Below are positions 48,247 to 57,969 of a DNA stretch of 64,000 nt, one piece after another. Source of the DNA: Promethearchaeati archaeon (lineage in GTDB: Archaea; Asgardarchaeota; Heimdallarchaeia; JABLTI01); the NCBI GenBank assembly GCA_013166835.1, contig JABLTI010000002.1:22911-86910 (forward strand), written 5' to 3'. Position numbers and translations under genes: made by a program. Positions within the stretch are counted from its first letter, which is position 1. Each line of letters opens with the position of its first letter. The notes beneath the pieces were generated by a model. That model did not search any database, had not been told where the DNA came from, and worked only from the letters and a program-made list of their open reading frames with translations.

Positions 48247-48879
48247 ATGGAACAAAACCAAGAACCAAGCTATACACTTGAAGATGGAAAATTCTTAGTC
48301 ACACTCGCAAGAAAATCGATTTTAAACTTTTTAACATTCAACAAACTCCTCTCGCAACCAGAAGATACTCCTGCGAAATTTCTAGAGTTATCTGGAGTGT
48401 TTGTAACTTTGAACAAACCAGATGAACACGGGAACAAAAAACTAAGAGGGTGCATAGGTTATCCAATGCCTGATTTTCCACTAGTCCATGCGACAATAGA
48501 AGCTGCAAAAAGCTCTGCAGTAAGTGATCCAAGATTTCCTATAGTAGAAATAGAAGAAATGAAAGAAATACTAGTTGAAGTAACAATTCTAACACCACCA
48601 AAACTCATGCAAGTAAAAGATCCGAAAGAATATCTTAAGAAAATAAAAATTGGTCGAGATGGATTGATCGTGAAAAGTGGTGGGAGAAGTGGGTTATTGC
48701 TCCCGCAAGTACCAGTGGAATGGAATTGGACTGTGAAAGAATTTCTAGAACACACATGCGGAAAAGCTTGGTTGTCAGGGGATTGTTGGAAGGATTTAAA
48801 CACAGAAATTTACAGTTTTTCCGGAATCATCTACCAAGAAGTAGAACCAAACGGGGAAGTTGTTCCCAAAGAGATCTAG
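48247..48879 (+). CDS. AMMECR1-domain protein (TIGR00296)
   Basis: GVFVTL, LRGCIG, DPRF, GRDGL, GLLLPQV. Confidence 0.95.
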   Translation: MEQNQEPSYTLEDGKFLVTLARKSILNFLTFNKLLSQPEDTPAKFLELSGVFVTLNKPDEHGNKKLRGCIGYPMPDFPLVHATIEAAKSSAVSDPRFPIVEIEEMKEILVEVTILTPPKLMQVKDPKEYLKKIKIGRDGLIVKSGGRSGLLLPQVPVEWNWTVKEFLEHTCGKAWLSGDCWKDLNTEIYSFSGIIYQEVEPNGEVVPKEI

Positions 48880-48886
48880 TTTTACT

Positions 48887-49372
48887 TTATAGTCCATAAT
48901 CTAAGTCAAAAAGCTCTATGAAGAGATCCTCATGGTCCTCGTAGTGCCAGAAAGTAATACCTCCAATGAAATCCCAGGTAATTCTAGTATCTGATTTTCT
49001 TTTAATATAAACATCAGAGTTGAGTTCTTCATTACTCATCGATTCTGTTTTCGTTATTAAATCTTCAAAAGTGCTTTTAGATTTCTTTAATAACTCATCA
49101 AATGTTCTATCTTGTGTTTTATTGAAAATCATCTCATTGCGATCTTCAACACTCATATTCCAAAATTCGCTATCAACAATGGATTTCTTTTCCAAAGCAT
49201 CGAGAAGCTCTTTTTCATACCAAGAAATATGGGCGATAGAATCTTTAACAAACCACTTATCCGAAATTCTTTCTTCCGCTAATCCTTTCTCAATAATCGC
49301 ATCAACAGTTGCATCCCAGTGCTTTCGTCTGTAACGCATTTTTTTCAATAGTGTTTTTTTCTTCATGTTCAT
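48887..49372 (-). CDS. DinB/ClbS/DfsB-family four-helix-bundle protein
   Basis: W.VKD.IAHI.WYE...HYEDH. Confidence 0.8.
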   Translation of the reverse strand: MNMKKKTLLKKMRYRRKHWDATVDAIIEKGLAEERISDKWFVKDSIAHISWYEKELLDALEKKSIVDSEFWNMSVEDRNEMIFNKTQDRTFDELLKKSKSTFEDLITKTESMSNEELNSDVYIKRKSDTRITWDFIGGITFWHYEDHEDLFIELFDLDYGL

Positions 49373-49510
49373 CTACATTTGAAACAAACCAAAGAGCATA
49401 AAATGTTTTCCCCGCGAAACCTTTAAATAAAATTATGAGAATATTATACTGAAACATTCTTTTAATTAATTAACCAAAAAATTAATAAAAACTCTTTCTA
49501 CAATAATACT

Positions 49511-50491
49511 ATGAAGTATGTCAAGTTAGGGAATACCGGAATAAAAATTTCACAGGTAGTAATAGGGTCAACGAATATGGGTTGGAGAATAAATGAGCAA
49601 GCCTCTCATGAAGTTCTAGATAAAGCAGTGGAGTTAGGAGTAAATGCTATTGATACAGCAAATATCTATGGGAAATGGGGGGAAGATGGTTACCCAGGGA
49701 GATCAGAAGATATTATAGGTAATTGGTTGAAGAAAAGCGAAATTCGAGAGGATATAGTTCTCGCAACAAAACTGTTTGGGGAAATGAGTGAGAATGTAAA
49801 TGATAGAGGACTTTCAAGAAAACATATACACAAAGCATTGAAGGGAAGTATGAAACGATTACAAACAGATTTTGTAGACATCTACTTTACTCATACATTT
49901 GATGCGGAAACACCAGTAGAAGAAACAATGAGGGCATTCACTGCTCTGATAGAGCAAGGAAAAATACACTATATAGGCGCATCAAACCATCCAGCGTGGA
50001 GAATAATGGAAGCATTGTGGGTAAGTGATAAGTATGGACTTGAGAGATACGAGGTACTGCAACCAGTCTATAATATAGCAAAAAGACATACCTACGAACA
50101 AGACCTGGTGCCACTAGTAGAGAAATACAAACTAGGAGTAACATCTTACAGTCCACTCGGAACAGGATTCCTCACTGGAAGATACGGGAAAGACATGTTG
50201 CCAGAAACACCTCGAGTAGATGGAGTAAAAAGAAGGTACTTCAAAGACAGGAACTTTGAGATCCTCAAAACACTAAAGAAAATTGCTAAAGAGAAAGATG
50301 CTACTATGGCTCAAATAGCAATCAGCTGGGTAGTGCACCAAGAAAGTGTAACAGCTCCAATTTTAGGAGCAAACACAATAGAACAACTAGAAGAAAACGT
50401 AGGAGCACTAGAAATCAAACTGAAAAAGGATGATTTGCAACAATTGGATGAGGCATCAGACTGGAAAACATTAGATGAGTTATCACGGTAA
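49511..50491 (+). CDS. Aldo/keto reductase
   Basis: LG.TG.KIS, DTANIY, LATK, RLQTD.VD, YIGASN, YSPLG.G.LTG. Confidence 0.95.
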   Translation: MKYVKLGNTGIKISQVVIGSTNMGWRINEQASHEVLDKAVELGVNAIDTANIYGKWGEDGYPGRSEDIIGNWLKKSEIREDIVLATKLFGEMSENVNDRGLSRKHIHKALKGSMKRLQTDFVDIYFTHTFDAETPVEETMRAFTALIEQGKIHYIGASNHPAWRIMEALWVSDKYGLERYEVLQPVYNIAKRHTYEQDLVPLVEKYKLGVTSYSPLGTGFLTGRYGKDMLPETPRVDGVKRRYFKDRNFEILKTLKKIAKEKDATMAQIAISWVVHQESVTAPILGANTIEQLEENVGALEIKLKKDDLQQLDEASDWKTLDELSR

Positions 50492-50539
50492 AAAACAATA
50501 AAAGAAAAATGAAGAGTGAGATTTGTAGTCTCAATTCTT

Positions 50540-51790
50540 CTATTCTATATCTTTGCTACCAAGTCTTATATCACTTTGAATTTTCCAGTCAGCATTCTCT
50601 CGAATCCATATATGTACAGCTTCGCTTTCTGTTGTCTGCTCTGTTCCATTTGTATTAGTCTTGCTTGTAGTTGCTATTTTTTCAATGAATTTATCACCTA
50701 AAAAGAAGTGATCCAATCTTTCATTTTTTATATCAACATAATTTGTGGGACGAAAACACCTTTTGAAATCATCTGCACCTCGAACAAAGAATCCATTAGA
50801 AACAGTGACGACAAAGTCTTTTGCATAGAAATTCAGGATCTTTTCACCATCATTCTCAAAAGAAGCTTGATTTAGTTCAACATGAATCTTATCAATTTCC
50901 TTGAGTGACATTTCAGAACTGATTTTTTGGTATAGTCGTTCTAGAGCACTGTCCCAATAATCCGGTTTCTCATCATAGAATTCTGGTAGATCTTTATACG
51001 AAGCTACTTCAGTGGGTTTTACTCCAGTGTCATACATTTCTCTGAGTGACTTGAATAATTTCTTAAAGTACGCTCCTGCTTCTTTCATATAGGGTAAATC
51101 TGTTATTGGTCCGTGTCCAGGTATGATAGTTTTCGGTTTGAACTTTGCAACTTCATCGTAAATTCCAACAATGCTTTCATCTAACCCGCCAAAAAAGCAA
51201 CCGCCAACTTTAGTTGGATCTCCAACAATATTGTCTCCAAGAATAACAATTTCTTCAAGAGGAACATGAATCATAGCAGAGCACTCTGAGTGACCTCCAA
51301 CTCGCTGAAAGATTACTTTTTGTTCACTGGAAGCGATTACAAATTCATCAGCAGCCTTTGTAGGTGGAAGGAGTTCAACCTTAGGATAATATTTCCAAAG
51401 AAGGTCCCGACTCTTACTAGGTTTCCACTTTAGTTCAACAGCCATAACTTTCCAACGTTCAACTTGAGCCTTTCTACTCTCTAAAGAAAGGTTTCCTTTG
51501 AGATCTTCCAAGAACTTTTGGTGTCCTGTTTCGCATCCTACAATCTCACAGTCCTTGAAGGCGGACATACCACAAATGTGATCATGATGATAATGAGTTA
51601 AAAGAAGATGAGTGGCTTTCTTGCTGAAACGCATCTCCATGTCCTTTCTGAACTTCTTGGCAACATCGTCCATCCTCCCGGAATCAACGAAGACAAGACC
51701 CTCCTGAAGCTCAATACAAATAATATTGGTATTGTGCTCCATCTCATACATTACTACGCTTTTTCCAATATCAATAACTTGACCTGACAT
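50540..51790 (-). CDS. MBL-fold hydrolase fused to a C-terminal NTF2/DUF4440-like domain
   Basis: VDSG, THYHHDH, GGHS, GD, PGHG; C-terminal FYAKDF...HIWIRENADWKI; probable ATG start at 51790. Confidence 0.85.
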   Translation of the reverse strand: MSGQVIDIGKSVVMYEMEHNTNIICIELQEGLVFVDSGRMDDVAKKFRKDMEMRFSKKATHLLLTHYHHDHICGMSAFKDCEIVGCETGHQKFLEDLKGNLSLESRKAQVERWKVMAVELKWKPSKSRDLLWKYYPKVELLPPTKAADEFVIASSEQKVIFQRVGGHSECSAMIHVPLEEIVILGDNIVGDPTKVGGCFFGGLDESIVGIYDEVAKFKPKTIIPGHGPITDLPYMKEAGAYFKKLFKSLREMYDTGVKPTEVASYKDLPEFYDEKPDYWDSALERLYQKISSEMSLKEIDKIHVELNQASFENDGEKILNFYAKDFVVTVSNGFFVRGADDFKRCFRPTNYVDIKNERLDHFFLGDKFIEKIATTSKTNTNGTEQTTESEAVHIWIRENADWKIQSDIRLGSKDIE

Positions 51791-51808
51791 ACTAAAACAA
51801 AAAGGGGT

Positions 51809-51834
51809 AACCATTAAAAATATTTTTAATGGTT
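51809..51834. promoter_or_regulatory. Perfect 26-bp palindrome, probable operator
   Basis: AACCATTAAAAATATTTTTAATGGTT equals its own reverse complement; lies between the divergent MBL and wHTH genes. Confidence 0.65.
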
Positions 51835-51957
51835 TGAATATATTTTAATAATTAAAACATTTTTTAAATAACAAAAAACATAACAATAAAAAGACAAGAA
51901 ACAACAAGTCGCGTATAAATTAAAAAGCAAAGAAAGAAAACAAAGAAATGACTGAAG

Positions 51958-52683
51958 ATGAGTAAAGAAACAAAACAATACGATCCGAAAAGCAGGGAAA
52001 TACTCTACAAATTCTGGGAGAAACTACCAGAACAAAGAATAGTAATAGATTATGAAGACGATTTCTTCAAGCATTATGCGAGAAAATTTACTTTTAAAAT
52101 ACTAGGGAAAGGAATAAGAGAGAAACTGCCAAGCGGGAAAATAGTAACAAGAAAAGCACTGAATGCCCAAGAAATTCTGCAGGAATTAAATGATGCATTA
52201 GACCTGAAATTCAAAATAAAAGAGGAAAGAGAGAAATACGATTTAAGCTTGCACAGTTTGTATTTTCATTTACAGAAATTAGAAGAGGTTGGATTCATAC
52301 AAACAGTAGCCATCCTAAAAGAAGGAAGACACAATGTAGCATACTACTCAAGACCAGCAAAAGTAGTGCTATTCAAAGACGAATACACAGAAGATGAGAA
52401 AATAATGAATGCCTTCACTTCAATGGAGAAATTGATGAAAGTAATAAATCCAGAATTCGATACAGAAGAATTCAAAAAATATTATGAAAAATATAATAAA
52501 ATAAATGGAAAAAATTTGGACCGAATACAAAGAAAAATTGGGGAAATACAAGATAAGGTCTATGAAGCAGATATCGATCCAAACGATATACAGAGATTTC
52601 TAGTGTTAATAAGTCAAATTAATCCAGAATTTGTTGAATTTTTCAAAGAAATACTAGAGAAGATAAATATTGAGCTCTGGTAA
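51958..52683 (+). CDS. Winged-helix (ArsR-like) transcriptional regulator
   Basis: RKALNAQEI, SLYFHLQKLEEVGFI, AYYSRPAK; same family as 35841..36545. Confidence 0.8.
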   Translation: MSKETKQYDPKSREILYKFWEKLPEQRIVIDYEDDFFKHYARKFTFKILGKGIREKLPSGKIVTRKALNAQEILQELNDALDLKFKIKEEREKYDLSLHSLYFHLQKLEEVGFIQTVAILKEGRHNVAYYSRPAKVVLFKDEYTEDEKIMNAFTSMEKLMKVINPEFDTEEFKKYYEKYNKINGKNLDRIQRKIGEIQDKVYEADIDPNDIQRFLVLISQINPEFVEFFKEILEKINIELW

Positions 52684-52702
52684 AAAAAGATTAATTGGAA
52701 AT

Positions 52703-54199
52703 TCAACTAGTCTTGAATTCCCGCTTATCATTTTTACAGATAATCTGTGTGACATTTCTACCAGACATAAGACCAGTAGGAAGACCGCCACCAACTTGAA
52801 TCCATTGGCCAATCATATAGAAATTTTTCAAGCCAGGAAGTGTTTTCTTTATTCGTAAAGTAAGTCCTTTGGGAGTTAAGGCAAAACCCATGTATCGGCC
52901 TTTCCAGACATTTGTATAACGAATATACGTTGCTGGAGTCGCTACATCAACAACTTCAACTTTAGATTTGATGTCACCCAAGAAGGCATCTAACCGGTCA
53001 ATAACCTCTTTCGAGATTCTGTCTTTCTCTGCACGATATTTATCTCGGTCAGTATTTCGAAGGTTAGTCCAAAACTCATCATTGTGGGCTTCAATCGCAG
53101 CAGCAACAGAAGTCTTGCCTGCAGGGGCAAGTGTAGGATCAAAATTATAAATCAAAACTTCAAGTCGCTTGATTGTATTATTTTCCTCAATAACTATCGG
53201 TTTATCCAAGAAAAGGGAGTATTTGTGATGTTGATCATTAAAAGTTCGATTAATCCCTAAAGAAACCTGAACAATAGATCTAAACAAAGTCAAATCCTTG
53301 TAGTTATTCTTGATTTTCTTGTTAACGAATTTACCATCAAGCATATTGAAAATTGTTGTATGACCGTCAGCAGCAGAGATAACAAGATCACCTTTATGGG
53401 TTTCACCATTTTCAAGGAGAATGCCAACTGCTTTATCCTTTTCAACAAGAATCTTCTTCACTTCTTGCTTATAATTAATTTTACCGCCAAGCTTTAGGTA
53501 AGACTCTTCGATTTTCTGGGCAAACTTGAGGGAACCACCAATAGGAAAACCAGCAGTTTTAGTGCTCATCATGGAAAGAGAAGTAATGATAGAAATAAGG
53601 GACATATAACCACCCTCGAAACTATCAGCAAGAGTCGCACGCAAGAAAGGATTAGTGAAACGATTGACAAATTCCTCAATAGAGATATTCCACATCTTGT
53701 TGAACTTCATGAAAGGTTTGATCTTAGGAAGAAGCTTCATACCAACCTTCATGTCAATTAATTCGTGAGCAATCTCGATAGGAACATAAATATTACAATA
53801 ATCATGAATCGCTTGAGTAAATTCCCCGATAACTTTCTTATCCTCCGGAGCAATGGCTAACATAGCATCACGCAGTTTTGCAGGATCAGAATAAAGAGAA
53901 AGAGACTCATCGCCTTTAACAATATGGGAATACTCATCAAAATCAACGATATCCATCGCTTTCAAGTCAACGATTTCTTGCCACATATCAAAGAATTGAT
54001 TGGGGGCATTAGAACCAAATAAGAAATGAATACAACCATCAAAAGTGAAGTCTTTTCTAGACCAAGAAGTGCATAAACCACCAGGAACAGAATGCATTTC
54101 GAAAATTTCGGTCTCATAACCATTTAGCTGTAAGTAACAGCCAGCACTTAAACCAACCAATCCCCCACCAATGATAATTATTTTGTCATATGTAATCAA
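52703..54199 (-). CDS. Phytoene desaturase-family FAD-dependent oxidoreductase
   Basis: IIGGGLVGL, EMH..PGGLCTSW.R.DFTFDGCIH, ATPATY.RYT, GQW...GGG.P. Confidence 0.9.
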   Translation of the reverse strand: MITYDKIIIIGGGLVGLSAGCYLQLNGYETEIFEMHSVPGGLCTSWSRKDFTFDGCIHFLFGSNAPNQFFDMWQEIVDLKAMDIVDFDEYSHIVKGDESLSLYSDPAKLRDAMLAIAPEDKKVIGEFTQAIHDYCNIYVPIEIAHELIDMKVGMKLLPKIKPFMKFNKMWNISIEEFVNRFTNPFLRATLADSFEGGYMSLISIITSLSMMSTKTAGFPIGGSLKFAQKIEESYLKLGGKINYKQEVKKILVEKDKAVGILLENGETHKGDLVISAADGHTTIFNMLDGKFVNKKIKNNYKDLTLFRSIVQVSLGINRTFNDQHHKYSLFLDKPIVIEENNTIKRLEVLIYNFDPTLAPAGKTSVAAAIEAHNDEFWTNLRNTDRDKYRAEKDRISKEVIDRLDAFLGDIKSKVEVVDVATPATYIRYTNVWKGRYMGFALTPKGLTLRIKKTLPGLKNFYMIGQWIQVGGGLPTGLMSGRNVTQIICKNDKREFKTS

Positions 54200-54414
54200 A
54201 CTGTTGGTGAAATTAGATAATAATAATGTTGTGATTGAGAAAAAAAAGAAGGAAAAACAAACTTAGGAAGTAAGGCAAAATAAAGAAACAAACCTAACAA
54301 TCTAAACTGGCAACTATTTATAAAAGAAAGACTAAGAAAAGTATGGAGAGCAAATTTACTTTCTTAGTTCAATTGCTCTCCGAATCCCATAAACCTCTCT
54401 CCCCAATAAAATAA

Positions 54415-54471
54415 CTCCCTTTTCCTGTGACGGGGGCTTTCTTTGCCCCTGTCCTATTTTCAGTGTCTCAG
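54415..54471 (+). repeat. Dispersed ~57-bp hairpin repeat, copy 1
   Basis: CTCCCTTTTCCTGTGACGGGGGCTTTCTTTGCCCCTGTCCTATTTTCAGTGTCTCAG. Confidence 0.95.
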
Positions 54472-54562
54472 TAGAAACCATAGCTACTAAATAAGGAATT
54501 TTTAGTAAACAACGTTTTCTTCTTAGTATATTTTTACAAAAAGTAAATTAATTACCAATATA

Positions 54563-57500
54563 TTGTATATCATAACATTTGGGGTGGGTAATTTAATGAA
54601 AAATATGAAAATTTATTCTACATTAATTGTTTTGTTAATTTCATTGTTTCTTGTTGCACCAATTAATAATGAAGTAGTTGCTAATGTAATGCAAGCTAAT
54701 GATCCTTTGCCACCAGCAATGGGAGTATATTCTAAATGGAATTATACCACTGGGGAAGGTGTGTATTCTTCACCTTTTGTTGTTGACTTAGATTTTGATG
54801 GGACAAAGGAAGTACTTGTCGGTTCTAATGATAACAATCTTTACTGTATAAATCACATTGGTTCTCAAGAATGGAATTTCACAACTGGTGGGGATGTGCG
54901 ATCTTCACCAACTGTTGCAGATATTGATGATGATGGTGCTTTAGAAATCCTTTTTGGTTCACTTGATAATAAGCTATATTGTTTGAATCAATCAGGAGCA
55001 GAAGAATGGAACTTTACTACTGGAGATGCAATATATTCATCCCCTACTGTAGCTGATTTAGATAATGATAATGAATATGAGGTTCTTTTTGGTTCCGATG
55101 ATGAGAACTTCTATTGTCTAAATGCTAATGGTACCCAAAGATGGATTAAATTTGCTTCTATATTAGTTCGTTCTACTGCTGCAATTGCTGATCTTGATGC
55201 TGATGGAACGTTAGAAATTATCTATGGTAGTTATTCTGGCCTATACTGTTTAAGTCACTTAGGAATTTTAGAATGGGTAAGTCCTATTGGTTCAACTCCA
55301 GGATCTCCATCCATAGCAGACCTTGATGATGATGGAACTATGGAAGTTATAGTAGGATCATATTATAGAAAGATTAGCTGTGTAAGTCATACTGGAAGTA
55401 TCGAATGGGAATATCTAACAACAGATTGGATTTCATCGTCCCCTGCAATTGCTGATCTCGATGCTGATGGTACATTTGAAATAGTAATTGGCTTTAGAAA
55501 TAATAATATTACTTGTGTTAGCCATACTGGAAATTTAGAATGGAATTTTACTACTGGTGCAGATGTTGATGGATCGCCAAGTATTGGTGATCTTGATGGC
55601 GATGGTACACTCGAAGTTCTTGTGGGTTCTCGAGATAATACTCTCTACTGTGTAAATCATACTGGTGGAGAAGAATGGAATTACACTACTAGTAATATTA
55701 TTATCTCTTCACCTGCAATTGTTGATCTTGATGGTGATAATATCAAAGAAATTATTTTTGGATCTTATGATTACAAAGTGTACTGTTTAGGATTATCAGG
55801 GATTACTTCTTCTGGTTCACAACAATGGTATAGCTTTAAAGGATCTGTTTTCCGCACAGGTCAAATGGACAGCGAAAGTGACTATTTGGATGATCTATCC
55901 GAGGATTTCTTCGGTACAAGTCCATTTACTCCTGATAATGATAGCGATGGATTAGATGATGGGATTGAAGTCTACTTTCTTAGAACAGATCCATTAGATA
56001 ACGATACAGATGATGATGGCTTAACAGATGGTGAAGAAGTCAACACTCATGGTACAGATCCGAATGATCCCGATACCGATGCTGATACTATGCCTGATGA
56101 ATGGGAAGTTGATAATGGTTTAGATCCTTTGGTTGATGATTCCGCTGGAGACCCTGATAGTGATGGTTTGACTAATGTTAATGAATATACTGCTGGTACT
56201 GATCCAAATGATCCCGATACCGATGATGATGACTTAACAGATGGTGAAGAAGTCAACACTCATGGTACAGATCCGAATGATCCCGATACCGATGATGATG
56301 GGTTAAGCGATGGTGAGGAAGTCTCAACCTATTCAACTGATCCCAATGATTTGGATAGTGATGATGACGGCTTAGATGATCTGGAAGAGGTGACAGTTGG
56401 TAATGATGGTCATTATACAAATCCTAATGATGTTGATAGTGATGATGATGGTCTATCAGATATTTCAGAATATTACTTGAACACTAATCCAAATGTTGTC
56501 GATACAGATGGGGATGGTTTAGATGATTATGAAGAAGTATACTTAGGTACAGATGGATATGTAACAAATCCAACTTGCGTAGACACAGATTATGATGGAA
56601 TAAGTGATTACCAAGAATCAATACCTGGAACTGATGGTTACATCACCAATCCATTAGATTCCGATTCGGATTCAGATGGTTTAAATGATAATTATGAACC
56701 TATCTACAATACTGATCCTAATGATGCTGACTCAGATGATGATGGAATATTAGATGGAGAAGAAGTTCAACAAGGTGTAGATGGTTATTATACTGATCCC
56801 CTTGATGCTGACAGTGATGATGATGGAATTCTTGATGGTGAGGAAGTTGTTGTTGGAACTGATGGATATTTAACAAATCCCCGTAACAATGATACTGATG
56901 GTGATGGGTTAATTGATGGTTATGAAACTGATACAAGTCTTACAAATCCAGCTGATGCTGACACTGATGATGATATGTTAAACGATGGAGAGGAACTTAA
57001 TTTTGGTGAAGATGGGGTGATTACTGATCCTCTTGATTCAGACACTGATGATGATGGATTATCAGATGGCGATGAATATAATTATCATAACACAGACGCA
57101 AGTGATCCTGATTGTGATGATGATGGCTTAGATGATGGTGATGAATTTGCTAACGGAACAGATCCTTGGGATTCCGATACAGATGATGATGGTTTAAACG
57201 ACTTTGAAGAAGTAGTCTATTATGGTACAAACCCTAAGTTAGTAGATACTGATGGTGATGGCTTGGATGATGAAGAAGAACTTATTGCAGGTTCTGATGG
57301 TTATATAACTGAGCCTACTGACAGCGATTCTGACAACGATGGACTCACAGATGGTGAGGAGTACACAAATAATACTGATCCAAATGATCCTGACTCAGAT
57401 GACGATGGATTAAGCGATGGTTTGGAAGTGGATATTTATTCTACAGACCCTAATGATCCTGACACAGATAATGATGGCATTAATGATTATGATGAAATCT

Positions 57501-57685
57501 CTAATTGGAGTGATCCAACAGATCCTAATGATCCTCCTCCTATCACAAGTCCATCTCCCACTGCTACTCCATCTCCTACAGATACTAGTCCATTATTTGG
57601 AAGCTTGATAGTTATAATCACTATTAGTTGTCTATCATTTATTATAGCTATTCGATTACAAAAAAAGAGGAAAAAATCCCAATAA
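54563..57685 (+). CDS. Large surface protein: FG-GAP/PQQ-like beta-propeller, thrombospondin type-3-like Ca-binding repeats, Pro/Thr linker and TM anchor
   Basis: Seven SSP.IADLD.DG..E repeats; more than 20 [15 protein letters not shown] repeats; signal peptide; C-terminal TM followed by KKRKK. Confidence 0.88.
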   Translation: MYIITFGVGNLMKNMKIYSTLIVLLISLFLVAPINNEVVANVMQANDPLPPAMGVYSKWNYTTGEGVYSSPFVVDLDFDGTKEVLVGSNDNNLYCINHIGSQEWNFTTGGDVRSSPTVADIDDDGALEILFGSLDNKLYCLNQSGAEEWNFTTGDAIYSSPTVADLDNDNEYEVLFGSDDENFYCLNANGTQRWIKFASILVRSTAAIADLDADGTLEIIYGSYSGLYCLSHLGILEWVSPIGSTPGSPSIADLDDDGTMEVIVGSYYRKISCVSHTGSIEWEYLTTDWISSSPAIADLDADGTFEIVIGFRNNNITCVSHTGNLEWNFTTGADVDGSPSIGDLDGDGTLEVLVGSRDNTLYCVNHTGGEEWNYTTSNIIISSPAIVDLDGDNIKEIIFGSYDYKVYCLGLSGITSSGSQQWYSFKGSVFRTGQMDSESDYLDDLSEDFFGTSPFTPDNDSDGLDDGIEVYFLRTDPLDNDTDDDGLTDGEEVNTHGTDPNDPDTDADTMPDEWEVDNGLDPLVDDSAGDPDSDGLTNVNEYTAGTDPNDPDTDDDDLTDGEEVNTHGTDPNDPDTDDDGLSDGEEVSTYSTDPNDLDSDDDGLDDLEEVTVGNDGHYTNPNDVDSDDDGLSDISEYYLNTNPNVVDTDGDGLDDYEEVYLGTDGYVTNPTCVDTDYDGISDYQESIPGTDGYITNPLDSDSDSDGLNDNYEPIYNTDPNDADSDDDGILDGEEVQQGVDGYYTDPLDADSDDDGILDGEEVVVGTDGYLTNPRNNDTDGDGLIDGYETDTSLTNPADADTDDDMLNDGEELNFGEDGVITDPLDSDTDDDGLSDGDEYNYHNTDASDPDCDDDGLDDGDEFANGTDPWDSDTDDDGLNDFEEVVYYGTNPKLVDTDGDGLDDEEELIAGSDGYITEPTDSDSDNDGLTDGEEYTNNTDPNDPDSDDDGLSDGLEVDIYSTDPNDPDTDNDGINDYDEISNWSDPTDPNDPPPITSPSPTATPSPTDTSPLFGSLIVIITISCLSFIIAIRLQKKRKKSQ

Positions 57686-57695
57686 TTCAATTAAA

Positions 57696-57752
57696 CTCCC
57701 TTTTCCTGTGACGGGGGCTTTCTTTGCCCTTGTCCTATTTTCACTTGCTCAG
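57696..57752 (+). repeat. Dispersed ~57-bp hairpin repeat, copy 2
   Basis: CTCCCTTTTCCTGTGACGGGGGCTTTCTTTGCCCTTGTCCTATTTTCACTTGCTCAG. Confidence 0.95.
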
Positions 57753-57922
57753 ATGATTTTGATTTTGCACATCTTGGACTTACTTCGGAGATTAAAGAAC
57801 AGTCTCTAGCTATGGATGCACAAGCATCCGCGTGTATTGAATTTGGTGATTGTTTAGAAATATGCCCTTTTGCTGTGTATATCATAGAAAAAATAAAAGA
57901 AGTAGCTACTTTCTTTAGGTAG
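57752..57922 (+). pseudogene. C-terminal remnant of an Fe-S-containing aldo/keto reductase
   Basis: Translates ...EIKEQSLAMDAQASACIEFGDCLEICPFAVYIIEKIKEVATFFR*, a degenerate CxxCxxCxxxCPF typical of AKR-ferredoxin C-termini; the recognisable segment starts at the 3' end of repeat copy 2. Confidence 0.65.
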
Positions 57923-57969
57923 CCAATTCTAGATTTTTTTACTCATTTCATTAGAGTCAAATTATGTCT

